Shown here: positions 50,747-64,000 of the stretch, piece by piece | How positions within the stretch are numbered: the stretch's first letter is position 1 | Layout: the number at the start of each line of letters is the position of its first letter | Source of the DNA: Cystobasidiomycetes sp. EMM_F5 | Taxonomy: Eukaryota | Assembly: GCA_051047955.1 (NCBI GenBank) | Contig: JBPGPT010000013.1 | Location: forward strand, 434,001 to 498,000 | Length of the DNA: 64,000 nucleotides | Reading direction: 5' to 3' | The notes under the pieces: generated by a model | Databases searched by the model: none | Told to the model about the DNA's origin: nothing | What the model saw: only the letters and a program-made list of their open reading frames with translations | Made by a program: the position numbers and the translations under genes

Positions 50747-53374
50747 TGTCAGTCCTACAAACTCGTGTACAATGATGAGAAGACCTCACTTACCAAATAG
50801 TAAGGTGTCCATATCGCCCAGAACTGAGCTGGGCGGTTCCGAAGTTGTGAAGCCTCCCGTAAGGGCGCTAAGCCACCGGTCAAAGTCTGAGTCGATCGTT
50901 GCTGCAGTGATATTCTGTACTACCGGTCGCGGTATAACGGCTGTCGTAGGAGTGCCCGAATGCGAAACAGCCTGCTCGCGGAGACGCGTCCCAGAACCTA
51001 GCATGGCATCGACATCTTCGTCTTGCGCAGCCTGTGACGCGTCGGATGCGTTCGCATACCGTGACGCGAAACGCAAGGTTGCGCGAGAGGCCAATCTGTG
51101 TCCCCGACTCAACAGCATCCGATACCAGTAGCAAGGTGTTGCCTGTGCGGCGACTTCCAATAAGCTGACACCTTTCGCCAACGAATTGAGAGCATGATTT
51201 GCCAATGACGATTTCGGTGATCTGATGATGAGGGCTGCCAACGGCACTAAGCTGCTAAATAAATCCAGGTTTACGAGCTGTACGTAATTTCAGTCGTGAG
51301 GATACAGATGAGAGGCCAAAGCAAGCTTACGGTGTGACGCGTTGTTATACGATCCTGCTCAAACAGCGCATTTGCCAGCGCCAGTATATTGGCGGATGCC
51401 TCGTTGATGGTGACTTCGACGCTGTACCGGTGAGCAGACAATAATGGCTCCTCAGGGTGGTCTCGCAACGCCTTCGCGAAAGCCGAACGATGCAATTGCA
51501 CTGGCAGAAATGTGTGAGCACTCTTCGATGTTCGGAGGCAGGAAGACTTACGGAGTCCAGAGTCAAAAACAAAGGCCAAACGGATCTGCTGCATATGCAA
51601 CGTTCGAGCATCGCTAATTTCCGCCGCCGAAGTCGCAGCAACGCCAGCTTGCGTGCCACTGTGATGCACAATTGGCGACCGCAAATGAGGCGGAGTCCTA
51701 CGCCAAAGGCTGCGCATAGATTCGTCCGCTCTCCTAACCGCATCGACATCCGGATTGCTGCGGGCAGCAGTCATTCCGGAAGTGACTTCGTGTACAAACA
51801 ATTCCATCTCCCACCTAGCATTTTTAATTAGCCGCTTTCCACGATCGTGAGCCATAAAGCTAACCTCCACCACAGAAATTGATCAGTCGGAAGGTCAGTT
51901 GGCCTAGCTGTATCATAGTGATCTGCGGTGACAGAGGTCGGACACCCAAATCTTGCCGCCTGCCGAATATTGACACTCGATCAGTCTTACGACCCGAATC
52001 ACTCACTCGCCTTACCTGTATTCTTTCCAGAGTGAGCAGATCCCACCATAAGCGTCTCCTCGCGTCAACTTCCTTCTGAGGTAAATTCCACCAGCTCCCA
52101 TCTCGATGAAATCCGGCTACGGTCGCCAATCGAACAGCTAGACCGACAATGGCGAATATCTGCCAATATCGTCATTTAGCTGCGAGCGTGACGAGCGGAT
52201 GATTTAAGATACCTCGTCTGTTCGAGGAGCTCCGTCATTCAGCAAGAAACAGCAGTATAGGTGTAGTGTAGCACTGCGATGAAGGTCAGCATCTAAGGAC
52301 ACTGTGCAGAATTTCAGGCCGCACAGATTGTTGACGGAAGAATTCCTCAAGAAATTGCCTGCGGATAAGCATGACGTGCTAAGACTGTGGAATTTGCGAG
52401 CCTCCTGCGAATGAGGAGGTAGGCTGCCGTCGAAGAGACAGCCAAACGCCAATGCTCCAAAAACCAATGCCAGCTGTGAAGCTTGCGTCTCGGGGTGATC
52501 TGACGTGTCGCTGTACACCTGGAGTACAATTGGCTCTAGGTATTCGCGCGAGACACACTCGAAACGCCAAGAACTCGCTTGCCAATACAGGCTTAGCCAG
52601 CGGTCTATCATATCGTAAGCAGGTAAACTTCTTCTGGCATCAGACAGGACTTTTGCCGACCACGCTGCGTCGTGCGCGTTGAATGGGAAGACTGCTGGGG
52701 GGCCAGATGCGACATGCGTGCCATCTGCGGAGCTTGGCAAGGGTTCCTCTTGTCCAGCGTACTCCTCTTCGTCCGGCAGGATATGTACATGCGCAAGAGC
52801 GCCGTAGTACCGTGATGTACCGCCAGCCTCTATGCTGAGCTGCCCTATGTTGGAGTCTGGCGTTGCGCTAAACTTGACGGCCGGACTTGACGTCGCCAAC
52901 CGAAGCGGATGTACGTTGCTCAGCGCGCTCGGAACGGTGAAGGTGACTGGTGCAGACGCGATGGAGGGACCGGATGGCGAAGAGGACCGCTCTGCCTCGC
53001 TCAGCCTTTGTTTCAGTTCACGGTTCTCCTGCACGAGTTGCTGGACGGTCAGCTTTTCGACCATGATTCCTCGCGGGCAGATGTCGGAGCATCCTGGTCA
53101 TTGTCCGTGTGAGACTCTGCGACATGTTAAGAAGCTCTGCCATCTACCTCGTCGTATGCATTCGGAGCACGGAAAGACCTTGTTGCCTGCGAATAATTAA
53201 AACAAAAGTCCGTTCATTGTCGGGATACAGCGACAGCCGGTCAGCTCCGTATTCGGCTCGGACGTCGAGCTTTACAATGTGCTCTTTCGTACATTTGAGC
53301 TTGCTTCGTCGACATTCTGCGCAGCTCACAGCTGGCCGCCCAGTCTTTTTGGCAGACCCGGGGAGGGAGGTCAT
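50747..53374 (-). CDS. Zn(II)2Cys6 transcription factor with fungal-specific TF domain
   Basis: RPAVSCAECRRSKLKCNKVFPCSEC..CP, SRYYG, AVRLATVAGFHRDGSWWNL..RRRLWWDL, ALRDHPEEPLLS. The 3' end is approximate. Confidence 0.85.
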
Positions 53375-53507
53375 GTTGGCATCGGTTGGGCGGAGAAAGA
53401 AAGACAAGATGTAAAAAGAACGAACCCGTCAACATCGGAGAAGGCCACAAAGATTAGAAATAACATTGCATAGTGTTTTATGAACAAGAATCGTAGACTT
53501 TCCAATG

Positions 53508-55992
53508 CTAGGGACCTGCAGCCCGGTCTCGCCCGACATCCTCTGGTACATCCGTTAGAATACCCTGACTGTCTGCCACATCAACGCCATCCCGCTCGGA
53601 CTTCAGCTCTTGCAGACGTGCCTTTACGTCCTGCCAGAACTCCAGCCTTGGGAGATACTGTCCCAGTACTGCCCATGGTTCAGGAGCATCCTTTGGCTGT
53701 CCGCCCATCTCCATGGGAGACCCATGCTCATGCCCAGGCTGTAACTCTGAAGGCGCTATGGTATCCGAAGACATACGCGCATAACGATGACTAGCGTGCC
53801 CACCGCGAGAATTGTGCAGGTCGATGAGGAGGAGCAGGAGGTCGCGTCTACTTGACTGATATTCAAAAAGAAGGAGCAAGTCATCAAGCTGTTCATAGTA
53901 ACCACTTCAGCCTCGAGCCGCTGGTCACAGTGAAATCTACCTACGCGTTTCTCAAGCAAATCCCATACATCCCGCACATCGGGATGCTCCGACGACACCT
54001 TCTCCACAATACTTTCACTCTCATATGATTGCGGAGGAGCACATTCACGTGTGCCCAACCAATACTCCCACCATGTGAGGCGTTCCCTATCCACTTGGCT
54101 GCGCCGCACCAGTATTTTGGCAGCGCGCACGTAGTTGACGTGCAACAAGTCGTCCTTGAAACGGGGAATATCGGTCTTCGGGCCTGACTTGGGCTTAACA
54201 CTGTCGACCGAAGCACCGTTGGAAGTTCTCGATCGACCACTCCTGTCGTACCAGGAAATGAAAGGATTACGCGGGTCCAACTTCCACGCTGGAACGGCGC
54301 TCAATTGATTGCAGATAGGTGAAGCCGAAGCCGAAGCCGGAGATATCAGCCGTGGCGGTGGGTGCGTCTCCGCTTTCAAGCCGACGAAAGGCGCTCGGTA
54401 CCTTGTTCTGTTTGACAGAATGGCTGTTAGAAGAGGTATACGTTTGTTCCTGCAATGTATTCTCACCGAAGCCACATCCGCCTTCTGACAAAGAAGCGTA
54501 CAGATTGTACCCCTCGCCAGTACTTGCTACCGAATCTTGTGCTATATTGCCAGCCTTGTGCATCGACGTCATGAGCCATGTCTACTAGCCACTCTGAATG
54601 ATGCCACTTCCATGCTGCTGTTGGTAAGGGGTAGTTGAAAATGTTGTATTTGGAAGGTTGATCGTCCATCGTAGTCCAGGCAGCGGCATCCGTGGGCAGC
54701 AACGCTCGATTAGAGTAGCTCGGAGAGAAGATGCGGTAGCTGAAAAGGTGACCAGTCAGTCTCTTCGGCGAGCCATATCAATTACGACCTGCCTACCCTC
54801 GCTGATTCTCCCATATCCTGTCAGTCGCGTAAGCCTCGGTATGGTCGGCTTCAAGGAGTCCGAGCTCTTCAAGTTGCTCTCGCAGGGCCTCCTCGTCAAA
54901 GACAGCCTCTTCTTCGGCGTTGATTGCTGTGGCCTTCTTGCGTTTATATCGATTTCCGAATTGCATCCTGACCTTTTTAGGCCTTGTATTTCTACGCTGT
55001 ACCGAATCTCCGGCTGCAGAACCGCGATTGGTGAGAAGGCGGGTCAGCCTTTTACCGTTCGGTAGTATGGACGAGCTACGCGTTGGTTGCCGTGTTGCGA
55101 CTGCCGCAGAGGTGGAAGCGTCATCGCGTTCTGTCGGAACACGGAGCAGCGACATGTTCATGTCGTTGAGCGCTATTGGAGAGGATTGGACGTCAGTCTG
55201 AGACTGTCGAGACTGCTTGCGTGTGATAGGATTGAGTTTGTCGACGGCTTCCCCATGCCATTCATTGGCCGGCGAAGTTCTGCCTGAATGGTTCACAACG
55301 CTCCCATCCGCGGAATACGTGTCGAGTGTATCGACGGAGCCGTTCGCTAGAGGCATCTGATTGAGAAGGCCGAGGTCGAAATACGAAGCGACAGATGGAA
55401 CAGGAGAAGGAGGTACATTATCAGTCTGTTGCTCCACCCCGTCCCTGCTGGCTTCGGGAACGTCTGCGTAGTCTTGCGGAATGACTCCCATAGCTTCTGC
55501 GTCAGTGACATTGTCGTTATTGGAGTCCTGCGCCGTCGTTTCGCATTGCGGGGCACGTCCATCCTGACGTTTGCGCAGCGATTTACTGACGAGCATCCGG
55601 ACCTCCTGGCGTTTCTGGACTTCGCCGTCACCGTCCAGCATTGGGACTCCTCTGTTCTCGTCCAGGCGTCTCAGCAGTGCGCTGTGCTGTTTATCGCCCA
55701 GCCAGCTCGCCGTCGTCACTGGCATCTCAGCCAGCCGCCTAGCCTTCTGATGCTGCTTGCCCTCTGGCGTTCCGCGAAGCCATCGATGCCATCTACGCTG
55801 TCCTGCGCTCTGCTCGTCGACGGCAGCTCCATTGTAACCATGCAGCGTCTTCAATTTGCGCTGCAGCACCTCGTCGTTGTCGTCTTTTATCGCTTTCGGC
55901 GATGGGGGCATGTCAGCAATGAGCGAATCATTGGATCCAGTGACTGGATTGGCAGCAATGGACACGGCATCGTCGTCGCGAGACGCCGTCAT
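53508..55992 (-). CDS. Dysferlin/Pex23-like domain protein (Spo73/Mug65-like)
   Basis: IWENQRG, LLPTDAAAWT, YPLPTAAWKW..EWLVDMAHDVDAQGWQY..FVRRRMWLR, DRERL..W, LLLFEYQSSRR. Confidence 0.75.
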
Positions 55993-56924
55993 ATTTCATC
56001 GTGGTCATGGCGGGGGCAAATGGGCAGCAACGACACAATGGCGCTCGACGAGCATTTTATAAAGAATCTGATACTATCTAAAAGACCGGAGACTAAGAGT
56101 CTGCTAATACTGACGGTCTCGTTTAGTAGACGTCTCCGCGACGACTTTCGGGTCGGCTGAAACGATATGGCTGAAACGACGTGCGGCGCAGGGTGCCAAT
56201 TCTCAACGGTGTTTGCAACCACTCCTCGTGTTTCATAGCCAGCGGCTTTCAAAGCCGCCGTAAACATTGCCCTAGTGTCTTTCCCTTTGGCTTTGAAAGG
56301 ATGACTTCTGGGAATGAGATTAGCGCCCCATGTTGTGGCCATAGCCACGTCGACCAGTGAGAATTTCTTGACAGCCTTGATTCTGGCCTCCGTCAAGATT
56401 CGAGCCATGGCTTTGTCATTTAGGCTCAATTCTTTGCGTGGATTAGCCTTGCGCTTCGTCCGCTCGCGGTTATTGTAACTGTTTTGACTAGAGTCAGAAT
56501 TAATTACAAGTCGAACAATCGCCCTTTTCCTCCGATAATGTAAGAAAGCCTGTCGAGTGGCAGTCCCCTTCAGCGTGTTGCGAGACGGTCCTTCGTCTGC
56601 GGTTTGATCCAAACCACTGCCAGCCTCGTCGCACGCACTCTCTTACGCCTTTTTTTCAGCAGGTTCATTGTCGATGTCTGTAAGTCTTGTAAAGCCCATG
56701 TTTTTCATATCCCGCCGAGTCGATGACGCTGACGTTTGTGTTTCTTCGACTTCGTTCTCTGCGTCACCTTCACCATAGCAGATATCTTTTCGTGACGCAG
56801 TACTTCTGCCATTCTGCAAAATCTGTGTGCGCAGATGCCGCGGAACTTTGTCCTCGCCGTCGCCTTGGGATGACTCTGACACAGCAGCCTGATCATCCGA
56901 ATCGACCTGCAACCGAGAATCCAC
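55989..56924 (-). CDS. Hypothetical protein (acidic N-part, basic C-part); boundaries uncertain
   Basis: ORFs 56643-56924 and 55989-56612 can be joined in frame by a GT-AG intron (AEKKA|GLDQTAD). No recognised domain. Confidence 0.4.
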
Positions 56925-57845
56925 GAGCGATGTTACGCCTGCGTGCGATAAAAAGTTTTTGGCTAGTCCTGGGATGCTCCTGACAGCTACCCAGCGGATA
57001 GCCGGTTTGCCCTGCAGCCTCAGACCTCGCTCGTCAGCAACACTATGACGTACATCTGATTAAGGTGTTTGGCAGCACCTTGGGACATCGAACCCTGATC
57101 ATGGCCTTAACGAAATTTGTCTCGCAGCGACATGTAGCGTAGTGGTAGGCGTCGTCCTCCGTGAGGGCGTCGAAACCGAATGATGCTGCCCTGTGGAGAA
57201 GGCTCTTTTCCACAAAACCTAAGACTGCCTGCGAATCACGATCTTCCGTGTAAATGGATTATGCCGCATGATATCGGGATCGCTGCTCCGCAGGCCTAGA
57301 TGACCAAATGGCTCAAAGCCTTCTTGTGCCCAAGTCTTTCTCGACCAGATCGTTCTCACAAGCAAAAGAGTAGGCCCACTCAACGTCGAGTGGTACGCGA
57401 TGACCACTGAGTCCTGGATCGACAGACCGCCCGACCCGGGGGGCTGGCCAAGTGAAAGCTCATAACTTTTACTGTGGCCAGCCCCACAGAGAAGAAGAAG
57501 AGAGAGAAGCATCGAACGTTTCCTCCAAGATATCAGCAAGTAAGCGAAGTGTCTGACAATTTCGCAGTCGGCTAAGTCTTGTCAGACGAAAAGGTGCGCT
57601 ATTATAGCATATCCTCCACGCTTCTTTGACTGATACGAGTCCCCCCGCATGTTTGTACAGGCATCAGCCGAAGTTGTCAGCGGGAGAGGAGATTGCGTAG
57701 CGCAAACGGATTCGAAGAAGCGAGAGTCAGGATAATGGAGCGTGGAGCAGGACAACAAAATGCGTGTATTAACGGCCGAGATGTAGTGGTAGATGCTACA
57801 TGTGTGAATATATTAAGCCTTTTCAAGGGCATAATGCGAGCCAAA

Positions 57846-58600
57846 TTATGCTGCTAAAGCAACGAGGAACGAGACGAAAAGCAAGGCGCCAAGCGTCCCG
57901 CGAGTGTTTGATTGTTTGTTAGGTCTTGCGTGATTGGGATGAAGTACCGTAGCGCTATTCTGTAGCTGGCCGCGATCGCACGTCCATTGTTTGCTGAGCG
58001 CATCTTGACAGAACCCTGTCGGGCAACTTGGACTGTTGTAAAGGACTGTGCTCGAGTCGATACCGTATGCGTTTGCTGGATATCCACAGATACAGGTCTG
58101 TATGCCAGTCAGCGTCGTGCATCCACCGAATAGTTCGTAAGCCAATTCTGCTCACACTGATATTGTTCGCCTTCAATGCTTGCGACCAGGCGCTTGCAGA
58201 AGCAGATGCACAAAACACGCTATCGGCATAGGCACTGTCGCTGAAAGTACACGCGGTGTTGCTAGGAGCAGTGATCTGTATGATGGTAACGTTAGTCTAT
58301 ACGGACAAGACAGACGGTATGCGCTTACGTTGGCGTTACCAGCGCACACAGAAGGAGAACTAATGATAGACTGGCTTGTAGCGGGCCAGCCGTTTGATGC
58401 ACCACATGGAGTCATGGCAACCTGCGCAACATACGGCGCAGATAGACAGCTCGAAGCATCCTTGAGTACGGTAACTGCAGGTGCCATATTTGAAGTCGAG
58501 AAACGTTGAAGAAATCGCGGAGCTGGGCAGCGCTGGGTATAGGTAAGTCAGAAAACAGAAGACCAAGGGCGAAGGCTGACCTTGCAGGATTGCAAGTAGG
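57846..58600 (-). CDS. Small Cys-rich, probably GPI-anchored/secreted protein; 5' end uncertain
   Basis: Spliced frame SSCL..TPCG..SVCAG|ITAPSNTAC..VFCAS..|TCICGYP..SCPTGFCQD..WTC, ending in the hydrophobic tail GALLFVSFLVALAA*. Confidence 0.55.
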
Positions 58601-58922
58601 CTCTTGACATGGGTCGGCGGAACTGTTGTTCAGAACAAGGCCAAATCTTTTGTTGCGTGTATATCAGGAGGTCCGTGCAGTGACGTCTGCCTGTGCCAAT
58701 GCTTATGTGTGCGCTGATCTCGATTCGCCTGCTGAGCGGTCCAAGCTGAATAGGCTCCGGAAGCAGAATGCAAACAACAAACAATGTCAGGGAGATTGCA
58801 GAAAGTAGTCAGTGATTGCCTTGCGTTAGTCTGCGTCAGTGAGACTGCTTCCGCAATAGCTTCTTTGCATTAGTCTATTGAAGCATTAGACGGTCTGGCA
58901 CCTCGAAAGCAGCCCAACAACC

Positions 58923-59706
58923 ATGACGGCCGCGTTCAAGTTTTCGACGTTCGAAGTCACCAAGCAGGTCTTCTTCCGGTCAAAACTGAGCTTTGGCATT
59001 GTCAACCTGAAGCCCATTGTCGACAATCGTATGCGCACTCCATTTCTCGTCAAGGCTGCCTAAGACCATCATGAACCGAATGCTGAGGCTGATAATTCCT
59101 TGATGCTCCATCATAAATACAGACGTGCTCGTCGTTCCCAAACGACTCGTCAAGCGCTTTGCTGACCTCACGCCAGAAGAGTGTGCAGACTTGTTCGTGT
59201 CCGTCAGAGATGTTGGGCGAGAAATCGAAAGGGCGACAAACGCAAAGAGCCTGACGATAGCGTGCCAGGTAGGCTTGCGCAGAGTTTGCATTGCCTGGTA
59301 TTCTACTAATCTCGCTTGCATGCCAGGACGGGGTCTATGCTGGTACATCTCCGCTTTCGACGATGTAGCAGTAAATGTCAACGTTGGCTGACAATCGATG
59401 ATGTCTTCCCTCCACAAGGTCAATCTGTCCCACATCTACACGTACACATCCTGCCGCGCCATCCTGGCGATTTTGAGCCAGCAGACAAGGTATACGACCA
59501 CCTCAACAACGTAAATATATCTGCAGACTTGCAGAATGCTACCAAGTTCAAGGTAGACTCCGAGCGACATGCAGTGGGTCGAGCGCATCTACGTGTATAC
59601 AGAATCTACCTCACTGACCTGCCTGTCGCACCTCCAGCGATCAGAGGACGAGATGATCAAGGAAGCCACCTGGCTAGCTACCCTTTTCCCAAATAACCAG
59701 TCTTGA
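58923..59706 (+). CDS. HNT2: HIT-family diadenosine polyphosphate hydrolase (FHIT/Hnt2)
   Basis: VNLKPIV..HVLVVPKR..ADLT..QDG.YAGQSVPHLHVHILPR histidine triad; C-terminal RSEDEMIKEATWL. Confidence 0.92.
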
Positions 59707-59961
59707 GCTAATCTGGCCGGCGTCGCGCGAGCAGTCACTGCATGCGATCTCCAGCTTCTGCTGTGTTGAGCCACAATCCGGCACCGGACATATTGCTGAT
59801 CTTGGGTACGACGCAGACTCTCTTGCTGGGCTTGAGCCAGTCGAAGCTCGAAGAAGCTCGTCACCACCAGAGCTGGACGACAAATATCACAGCGTCCACC
59901 GGAGGCCAAAGACGACAAGCAGGCGAAAACGTGGAGGTCAAGCTGCGTCTCAGCCGCTATT

Positions 59962-60955
59962 TTACGTAGTGTTTCGCAGCTGCATAGTCGTCTGTAATGC
60001 ACGGGCAAGCAAGAAATCCATGTTGATTGCGCTCTTTGCATTGCTCGCTGTGTCTTTCGCTTTGTCCGGAGTTACTGTTGGCTTGTCTCCCTCTCCCGTC
60101 CCTAGTTGGGTGGCTAGAGCGGCCACTTCTGCGTCCTTCTTGACCACTCTGTATGCATTACCTCCTGTACGAGGAGCAAAGTCTGATCTGTTGTTCCGGG
60201 CAGCGGATAGAGCTGTCTGCATGTAGAAGAGCGACGACAGCTGGGAATAGATTGGCATTAGCGATGTTGACCAGGAGAATGTCAAGCAGACTTACTAGTC
60301 TGTTCGACAAGACAGAGTAGAGATCAGGTGCTTGGCTGTACCCAACGATTGCACATCAGCAGGTCTTTGATGAGCTGGCTTACATGGGTTCACATACTAT
60401 ATGGAATTATACAGGATCCAGTATGCGGCAATTGTACGGGCTGGTACGAAAGATCATGATCAGAGATCCTCACCTTTACAAGTCGTACTACGCACCCTCC
60501 GTAGGGCTAATGCGGTCCCGCTTTTCGATGACGAAGAGGTTTGGCGGTTCGCCGTGTGTGACTGCAAACTCGATGCCAACGAAGCGTCTACAATAACAAG
60601 CCAGTCAGTCCCGTTGGATATCAATGTATTCAGCATTAAAACATCCCCACTTTAGCTCCTCGTCCTCATTGAAGACGGATCCTCTGGACGGGTCAGCATC
60701 AAACGCAGCAAACAATCAGCAACGTCAGCAAGACCAGTCCAGTCCAGAGTCTCAATCGTAAAAGGCAGCCCACGGCATGACGGAGAACTGCGTCTGCATC
60801 CGGAGCACGGCATTGTTGCTCGTCGCGTCAAAGAACGGCGACTGGGCAAAGTAGTCGAGGGCAGTCTGCGCAGTGAGGGCGCCAAAGGCCTGCACCCACT
60901 CGACGGACCGCCATTGTACCGACGTGAGCTCGTCGTTGGTCGTTGGTGCGGCCAT
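59962..60955 (-). CDS. MED6: Mediator subunit 6
   Basis: ELTSVQWRSVEWV..ALDYFAQSPFFDATSNNAVLRMQ..RFVGIEF..LFVIEKR..LSSLFY. Confidence 0.9.
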
Positions 60956-61169
60956 GCGTTGGGGCTGGGTGGTGTCGAGTGGAGACGGACAGAACAAACG
61001 GCGTGCAGCTAGATTACAACAAGATATTATAGGGCCGGAATAATGTTGCGAAAGGGTACGGGTCTGTAGGGTGCACTGAGAATCCCAGTCCCCGCTTGCC
61101 TAGCCAGAGAGCCATCCCAAATAACAAGAATAACACAAAACACATACCAAGAAAGCGGAATAGAGGCTG

Positions 61170-63612
61170 CTACTTTTGTGTCGGCCGGTTGAGCAGGAAG
61201 ACGGCAATGACTGCGAACCCCGTAAAGACGACGGCAGCAGGGAGAACCATCTCCTTGGATAGAAATCCGAGAACAAGGTCGTCCCCGCCCTGGACCCAAG
61301 ACTTTCGCGGAGCTGATTTGCCTCTGGGCTTCTCGCCCAAACTCCTGTTGACCTTTGTCTTCTCGTCGTCATCGTCTGTAGACGTAGCATCGTGGTCGTG
61401 AACCTGCACTGTCGGAGGGACAAGCGGCTGTCGCTTCAACGCCGCTTCCTGTTGAAGCGCTTGTTGCTCTGCAGCATTCGTAATTGCCGCATCCCAGTCT
61501 TTGCCGCCCTTGATCGTTAAAAGTACGCGGTCTTTGCCCTGCTTGCGTGCCGTCTTGACGCTGTCCTCCAAGTCTCCGTCGGCGCTCATCAAGACTACAT
61601 CGCCATCATCGTCGGTATAGCTAATCATAAACTCTGACGGATCCGCAATCACGCCAGTCTCTGCACCCCGCGTTGAATTGTACTGCACAAAGAAGGGATC
61701 GCTCGATAGCTTGCCTCCGATAATGTCTCGGACCGTGGAGAAGTTGTCGTGCCGAGCTACAAAGCGATGAGTCGTCCCGCTCGGAGAGATGAATTTGAAC
61801 AAGTATGTACCGTCATCGTGTTCGGGTACAGTCGCTTTGCCCACTCCAGATGCTACAGCGGAAGTGCCGGGTTTGGATCCGTTCGCGCGACGACCGATTT
61901 CGGACACTTCGTCCTCGTCGTTGTTGACCGAAGCAGAGTCATTCGGGTGTATCTCGGAGGGCGACGTGGACCCATTGGTGTATTGAGAGTCTCCACGCTG
62001 CATGTGCCTCGGTACTGCGCTAGGAGTTCCGTTGTTGATGGACGAAGGGGCATTCGTGTCAGATACGACAGACTCGGTGTCTCCGTCAGCTGCGGCGCCA
62101 GCAAATGAGGAGAAGAAGCGAGACCATAGTGGTCCACCAGCAGCGTCCCCGCCCGCTTCGGCACCAATTGATGAGACCTGGCGCGTTGTGAGCCCAGGAT
62201 GCAATCGATAAAGTACACGCAGACATACCTGCTCCAGAGTGGCATAGGTCAATTTGAGCACATCTACACAGCCCACGAGCGTCCCGTCTTCTTCCAAGAC
62301 TGGCAGATTCAGGAAACGGCCATCTGTAAATGACGTGGAGCTTAGCAAGCTTGCCATATTACATTGGCTGCCGTGTTGCTCACCGTTCATCTTGCGCAAA
62401 GCTTGCTGTATGCTCAGAGTAGGCAGACCGGTGTCTGGATGAGGGGTCATGACCCGCACGACCGAGCATGTCCTTGCTTCCAAGCCCGCTGCAATCACAC
62501 GCAGCACGACGTCCTTGCTCGTAAAGATGCCGGCCAGCTTGCCGCCATCCTCCACGACACATACGGCAGTGGTGCGGTTGTCTCGCATAAGTTTAGCAGC
62601 TTCCCGTACCGAGGTCTTGACGGATACGGTAACAGCTCTTGTACGGGCGTCGAGAATGCTGCCGAGATCAGGAAACGACATTTTTTCGCGTAACGCTTCG
62701 ACGTAGCTCATCAGACCGTGTGCGCCACCAAATCCACCAGAGTTGTTGGGTCCCCATTCGGACTGGACGCCCTCGAGTGCGCTGTATAGCTTCTGCGATG
62801 ATCCGTATGCCCTTTCCAGCTTCTCGAGGGATTCGTGAAAGACTTTGGTGATATCGAGTAGTCCAACGACGTCGCCTTCCTCGTTGCATACTGGCTGTTG
62901 ATGGCCTGTCAGACATGATTTGGGAACATTCAACACACGCTAGGAATGCCCACCAAATGCCTGAAGTGCTTTTGCACCATTGTTTGCAGCGCATCCGTCG
63001 CAGACGTTGTGTCTCGCGTGACCATGGGATTCGGCGTCATGATCTGGCTGACGGGTGTGTTACGGGGGTCCAGACCCTCGCCGACGACTCGGAACGCGAG
63101 ATCCTTTGCAGTGAAAATCCCGCAGAGATGTTCGTCGTCGTCTACTACCAGTACGCAGTCTGTCCGCTTTGCCGCACACAGCTGCGACGCGTCTGCGACT
63201 GAAATGTGCTGGGGAACGGTAAGGGCCGGTGTCGGCCGCAGTGCGGATACTGTCCCGGCTTGACGTGCGCTTGAAGATCCACCAACACCACCTGCTCCGC
63301 GTCTGCTGGCATTGCCGGGCGTTGCTGAGCCTCTGGACTGCGGTGGATCTGGACGCTTTGGTGTTCCGCCTCGTTTTCTCTCCAAGTCGGCAGCAATCTT
63401 CTTGCGTATGGCCTGGATGGCACCTCATACGTTAGCACTACTCGTCGTCGTCGTTGGTTTCAGCTTGTCCCGGTCTCTTTTGCCCACCTCATCGCGGCGA
63501 GTCTGCCTCTTTCGACCATCCTAAAGTCGTCGAATAGGGTATATTCCATGCTCAGTTGTGCTCTACAGCCTCGTCTGCCATCGTCCATCCAACTCACAGA
63601 CAGCGTAGACAT
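61170..63612 (-). CDS. CBS-pair x2 + PB1 domain protein with C-terminal TM (Mug70/CBSCBSPB-like)
   Basis: MSTLS|DGRKRQTRRDE|AIRKKI, two CBS pairs (LCGIFTAKDLAFRV; LAGIFTSKDVVLRV), PB1 (YLFKF..ISYTDDDGDVVLM), C-terminal TM. Confidence 0.9.
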
Positions 63613-63785
63613 TGTTGCAGGTCGACTTGGTTGGAGCTGATCCACGTCTCAGGAACGCGGAAACGATAAACAGGATATCATTACATGGTTCAAGACAACG
63701 CTGAAATGACTATGTGAAGTTAAGCCTGCTCAAAAAAAGGTTGTGAATAGTCTGACGAAGGGATATACTCTGGACTAATCTCCGG

Positions 63786-64000
63786 TTAGACTGAAGTGAC
63801 TGCCAGTTGCGGGGAATCGGGACACCGGACCATCAACGCGACATCGTCACCATTCGTCTCTGGCCGTGGACAGTAGCCGTAGAAGACGGACATCCTTGTA
63901 TGGTGACAGTTTGAGCAGTTGCCGTGGTATTTGGCGGAACACGGAAGCCAGTGGCCCATCTGTACGATATGATTAGGTATACAGCTACTGATGAACACTA
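63786..64000 (-). CDS. Possible 3' end of a Cys/His-containing protein truncated by the window edge
   Basis: Open frame ..HWLPCSAKYHGNCSNCHH..RCPDSPQLAVTSV*; no recognisable domain. Confidence 0.25.
   Translation of the reverse strand, partial: VFISSCIPNHIVQMGHWLPCSAKYHGNCSNCHHTRMSVFYGYCPRPETNGDDVALMVRCPDSPQLAVTSV

Noticed and set aside
1..64000. CRISPR arrays, tRNA/rRNA genes, transposase/RT-encoding elements
   Set aside because: None seen by eye; the sequence is eukaryotic. tRNAscan-SE and RepeatMasker would be needed to exclude small or degenerate elements.

Overview
Gene-dense, intron-rich fungal nuclear DNA, most likely a basidiomycete yeast (short GT-AG and some GC-AG introns, CTRAC/CTGAC branch points, many microexons). 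Most entries in the ORF track are exon fragments or antisense shadows. Reassembled by eye, the window holds about 27 protein-coding genes. These are D-lactate dehydrogenase, two Zn2Cys6 transcription factors, TAF13, transportin, an HD hydrolase, pantothenate synthetase, the TFIIIC tau138 subunit, a divergent FTR1/FET3 iron-uptake pair with SreA-type GATA sites, an 8-exon cytochrome c missed by the ORF track, RPL5 (hosting a snR60/SNORD80-like box C/D snoRNA), NFS1, a UXT-like prefoldin, an F-BAR RhoGAP, Ysc84/Lsb3, MRPL51, a PL14 lyase, a Rex3-like exonuclease, a dysferlin-domain protein, HNT2/FHIT, MED6 and a CBS-PB1 protein. The most unusual feature is the apparently empty 30.5-34.9 kb stretch. 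It hides a tandem array of three paralogous zinc-finger genes of a family I do not recognise. In these genes every finger-region intron splits the second Cys codon of a finger (symmetric phase-2 exon modules), and the third copy carries a single in-frame TAG inside a skippable 96-nt exon while all downstream exons stay intact. All gene models are manual and unverified by transcripts.
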